Positions 45,065 to 48,575 of a DNA stretch of 48,575 nucleotides are shown piece after piece. Where the stretch lies: IMG/VR virus record IMGVR_UViG_2582581022_000007, positions 1 through 48,575 of that record. The stretch is one strand, 5' to 3'. Both the position numbers and the translations under genes were made by a program. The stretch's first letter is position 1. Each line of letters starts with the position of its first letter. The notes under the pieces were generated by a model. That model was not told where the DNA came from, ran no database searches, and saw nothing but the letters and a program-made list of their open reading frames with translations. Origin of the DNA: a virus. Its lineage: Duplodnaviria > Heunggongvirae > Uroviricota > Caudoviricetes.

Positions 45065-45916
45065 CTATGGGTAAATTAAATTGTGCTTAGTATATAAGAA
45101 CTGGACTACACCTTGGGAGTTTAAAATTCCATGAATAAAGATTGAGAACCAGTTGTTTGGTGTGCTGTACGACTGATCATATCTATTTAATGCATCATTC
45201 AAATATCTCGAAAAGTCAGCAATGGTTGGAGTATTGGCTAATGGTAACGTTTGAATTTTTAAGCTTGGGTTTTGTGTCGTTGTATCCCATTCACCTTCTA
45301 GCCAATTAATAATTCCTGATGGGAGAACAACTTTCTCCGTGTGGTATTTTATGCTGTCTATTTCTAAGTGCTGTGGTAAAACATAAGCTATTTCAATTTT
45401 AGCTTTTGGAAATTGAGGGTCTTGAGTAATGTTACACGACAAAAGCCTCTGATTAAGAAAAACGTCATAATAAGGATGTAGTATCCTTTTATTTCCATCC
45501 GTTAAATTCGTTTTTCGTTTGCTGTTGCAATCACAAGCTGGAACTAAATTTTTTGAATACACAGAAAAGCAAGGGTAGTCATCTTTAGGAAACAGGTGAT
45601 CAAGGGTTCCTGTTTTTAATGAACCGCACATTGGGCAAACGTTTGGTGAAGATGCTCTTAAATCATCAATGAACTTTAAGTCAGTTGGTGGTGAAGCGTA
45701 GTGCTTCTTCAATGCTATTGATAAATCATTGGTAATGTTGACGTTCGCAACTGATAGTGCGTTACCATTATTAGCGTCATAGTCTTGGTATCCATTTAAA
45801 ATGATCTGTAACTCATTGTGTAAATGCGGATAACTTGTTCTATGAAGCCTGTCTCTTTGAGACGTTGTCGTTATTTTCTCAATATCATTTACCGCAGGTA
45901 AAGGAAGCTTTTTCAC
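45065..45916 (-). CDS. HNH endonuclease (PtuB-like)
   Basis: CPMCGS...TLDHLFPK...PACDCNSKR HNH/zinc-finger motifs; GTG start 2 nt after upstream ATPase stop with GGAGGA RBS. Confidence 0.75.
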   Translation of the reverse strand: MKKLPLPAVNDIEKITTTSQRDRLHRTSYPHLHNELQIILNGYQDYDANNGNALSVANVNITNDLSIALKKHYASPPTDLKFIDDLRASSPNVCPMCGSLKTGTLDHLFPKDDYPCFSVYSKNLVPACDCNSKRKTNLTDGNKRILHPYYDVFLNQRLLSCNITQDPQFPKAKIEIAYVLPQHLEIDSIKYHTEKVVLPSGIINWLEGEWDTTTQNPSLKIQTLPLANTPTIADFSRYLNDALNRYDQSYSTPNNWFSIFIHGILNSQGVVQFLYTKHNLIYP

Positions 45917-45918
45917 AA

Positions 45919-47385
45919 TTAATCCTCCATCATGCGTTTTAATCGCATTAAGGCTGATAGCGAAATTTCATTGCCTAGCTGTTCTTCTACGTCAGAAAAG
46001 CTCTTGCCTTTCACTCTATCGTAGAGTTTTTCTGAAAGTCTTATTTCAGTATCTTCCTGAAAGATAAACTGTGAAATAGAATCTACAGTTGCTCCAAATG
46101 TCGGTAACCTCGGTTTATCAGTTACGAGCCTGTGATCTGATATTGAGAGAACAGCTACCTGTTCATTTGATACTTCACGGACAAAATACGCCGAATGAGT
46201 TGCTATAAGTGCCTGTGAGCCTGTTTTTTCTAATAGGAAGTCTAGTAGTCCTATAAAATCAACAATCATGTTAGGATGCATGTGCGTTTCAGGTTCATCC
46301 ATCAATACAAACGTACCGTTTTCAATGAACAAGCAACTCAGTAAAGCAACCTTAAAGAAGGTTAACTGCCCGCTACTAAGCGGGTAGAGTCCGTCGCCTC
46401 TTTTTAATTTAGGGTCTAGGTTGTGCTCAATACTAGCCCAACGCATCAAAGAATCTTGCTCTCCGTTTCCTTGTAAAAAACTCCATAGATTGATTGTTCG
46501 TTCATTTTTTAACTGTAAAAAGATATTTCTAGGGTCTAATCCTGCTTGGTAAAGTGAATCCAAAAAAAGGTTTTTTCGAGTATTTTCACCAATCTCATCT
46601 GCACTTCTCGCTAATTGTACGAGGCAATCACCAATATTATGTGTCCCTTTTCGAGTCAGATTTAACCGTCTATAGTAAAGCTTCTGTGTCGCTCTTCTTT
46701 CAGGGGGAAACGTGTTTGAGGTTTCACCAGGTGTCGCTATTGCGATAATACGATTGATTAGAGGTCGTTTACCGTCATCGTCAACCAGTGACAACCCTTT
46801 ATCTTTATATTGCAGTGCCCCTCGGCAAAATGCTTTAAGCGACTCGCTTTTACCAACACCATTTTTACCTATCAACACAAAAATTCGCTTCGGTATGATA
46901 CTTTGGTGGTTGTATTTTAATGACAGTTGATGAAGCTCTTCAAAACCATCTAACTGGAACTTAAGTTCTAACGAGTTGGATATAGCTACATCACTTTTTA
47001 GCTCTTCTCCAATAATAATACTGTTAGCATTGTGATAAGCGAAGAACGGCTCGGAGTTACGCATGAAACCAAGTTTAAATACTTCAGTATCAATGGCTTT
47101 TCTTACCCATTTTTCATCAGTGTCTTTATATTGAGAAAGATCATTTACTGTACGTAAGAATAGTTCGGCTCCTTCGCGGCCAAACCCGTCGTAAAGGTCT
47201 CGGTAGCTTTGCATGTCAGGTAACAAAGTAAAAAATGGAGGAAGGTCCTCTGAATAAACAACCTCTTTATCAGCCTTTTTTAGGTACTCCCATAGCGTTT
47301 CTTTTTTTTCATAAAAGAGAAGCTCTTCCTCTTTGTTTTCTATGTTATCTGGAGCCATAAAGCCAATTAACATTGAGCCTTCCAT
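45919..47385 (-). CDS. ABC-type/AAA_21-like ATPase (PtuA-like) with ~170-aa N-terminal extension
   Basis: Walker A IGKNGVGKS at res ~173-180, signature LSSGQLTFFKVALL, Walker B FVLMDEPETHMHP, H-loop IATHSAYF. Confidence 0.75.
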   Translation of the reverse strand: MEGSMLIGFMAPDNIENKEEELLFYEKKETLWEYLKKADKEVVYSEDLPPFFTLLPDMQSYRDLYDGFGREGAELFLRTVNDLSQYKDTDEKWVRKAIDTEVFKLGFMRNSEPFFAYHNANSIIIGEELKSDVAISNSLELKFQLDGFEELHQLSLKYNHQSIIPKRIFVLIGKNGVGKSESLKAFCRGALQYKDKGLSLVDDDGKRPLINRIIAIATPGETSNTFPPERRATQKLYYRRLNLTRKGTHNIGDCLVQLARSADEIGENTRKNLFLDSLYQAGLDPRNIFLQLKNERTINLWSFLQGNGEQDSLMRWASIEHNLDPKLKRGDGLYPLSSGQLTFFKVALLSCLFIENGTFVLMDEPETHMHPNMIVDFIGLLDFLLEKTGSQALIATHSAYFVREVSNEQVAVLSISDHRLVTDKPRLPTFGATVDSISQFIFQEDTEIRLSEKLYDRVKGKSFSDVEEQLGNEISLSALMRLKRMMED

Positions 47386-47665
47386 TGGTCTATGTTCTTC
47401 GGATATACAAACCTTAAATTCACATCTAATTTTGAACCCGAAGTCATTTCACGATGTTTCAGCAGGTGAGATGATCACTTGACCAGCCAATGGGATATGT
47501 TCAGCGGTTTTGTTCAGGCTAAATAAAACTTTTAATGACTCCATTTATTTCCCTATTTAATCATGACTTTAACAGCAATCAATTTAGCAATTCGGTATAC
47601 CGAAGTAGATGGCAATTTGGACTGAAGTTCTCTCACTTATTCAGTTTCTAGCTGATGGTTGCGAC

Positions 47666-48237
47666 TTAAGGGCGTTTCATTCTAATTCCATTAATTGGGA
47701 TGGTAATCCTCCCATTTTTAACCGCAATTAAACGTAGAAGTCTAGCGGCCATTAATGGTGGTTTTCCTCCATTGGCTTTGTGTGGCCGTTCATAATTGGA
47801 AAAACTAAAACCATTTAGTGGCATAGTCTTACACTTCTTCAAGTGTATCAAATAAATGTTTGCTGACCTAGCTGTACATGATCGTTTTGTTATGTAGTTC
47901 GATGTAGGCATTTTGCTGTGGTTTGCCAGGCTGAGTGTACTCAATACGGATCCCATGCATTTTCGACCATTTTGTAAACCCTTGGCTGATTAACTCAGGC
48001 CCATTGTCAAAGCGTATCGCTAGCAGTTTTGTTCGCCATTCGAGCAATTGATTTAGTGTTCTTATCACTTGCAGTGCCAGCAATGAGAACTCTGCTTTAA
48101 TCGGCAAACCTCGTTTGAAGTCGTCGATGACGTTGAAGAACTGATAGCTGCGTCCATCCGCTAGCAGGTCAGCGCTATGTAAAGTGTATAGAGATAAGTT
48201 GGAGGTACAAGGTGGATAGAATTACATCGGAACCAGC
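47666..48237 (-). pseudogene. IS3-family transposase (DDE integrase core) remnant, N-terminally truncated and frameshifted
   Basis: Two overlapping frames: ...FFNVIDDFKRGLPIKAEF...RFDNGPELISQ...QPGKPQQNAYIE and ...NYERPHKANGGKPPLMAARL; in-frame stop at 48238, no start. Confidence 0.65.
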
Positions 48238-48481
48238 GATGACTTGTGGCAGAGAAACAAGAACTTCGTCAGGACATGAAAGAATCCTCAGCTTGGGCCA
48301 ACGTCGAACTAAACACCGATGAGACGCAAAAAATCAAAAAATTTACGCATGGTATAGATGATGGTATCGATAAACCTTTTCTTTATAACAAGCTGTTATT
48401 TCTATATATTTTTTTCTCGTTGATATTCGAGTGGGAATGATTTGACCCTGCACTATGAATGAACAAAACCCTCTGTTACTA

Positions 48482-48574
48482 CCTGTCTCTTGATCAGATC
48501 TCCTGATCAAGAGACTTCATCACCAGGTAACCCTCAACCATATCCTGAAGTCTGAACCAGCCATCCCACATGAC
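48482..48574 (-). mobile_element. terminus of an IS50-like (IS4-family) insertion sequence with 3' end of its transposase gene; element continues past window end
   Basis: CTGTCTCTTGATCAGATCT at 48482-48500 equals the Tn5/IS50 inside-end repeat as I recall it (two GATC sites); minus-strand frame ends ..GWFRLQDMVEGYLVMKSLDQEI* with stop inside the repeat. Confidence 0.55.
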
Positions 48575-48575
48575 T

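Overview
This window holds about 30 kb of a temperate podovirus-like prophage followed by an AT-rich integrative island with two candidate anti-phage operons. All calls rest on reading the sequence and ORF track by eye (motifs, gene order, RBS and start-codon context, repeats); no homology search was run, so family names are recollection-based hypotheses. Prophage part (1-29.5 kb, + strand): early-region small genes (two with a shared N-terminus, one DUF551-like), a gene split by a 23-bp tandem duplication, terS, terL, a minus-strand moron with a tRNA-Arg(UCU), T7-like portal, scaffold, major capsid, tail tubular A/B-like genes, internal virion proteins (one with a lytic transglycosylase domain), morons, an antirepressor locus, a mosaic tailspike, and a lysis cassette with Rz1 embedded in Rz. 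Island part (29.9-48.5 kb): P4-type integrase, AlpA, AAA_25-like ATPase, a 4x21-bp iteron array, mobC-like and trbJ-trbK-trbL (IncP-like) genes, four copies of a 17-bp palindrome that matches my recollection of the IncP KorB operator, and a HigA-like regulator. The most interesting loci are a translationally coupled three-gene operon (nuclease-like + small protein + SMC/Rad50-like ATPase with a mid-protein CxxC; Lamassu-like), an orphan 295-aa gene, and a convergent ATPase + HNH pair (Septu-like, but with an unusual ~170-aa N-terminal extension on the ATPase). The window ends with an IS3-family transposase remnant and the terminus of an IS50-like element. No CRISPR array or rRNA was seen.
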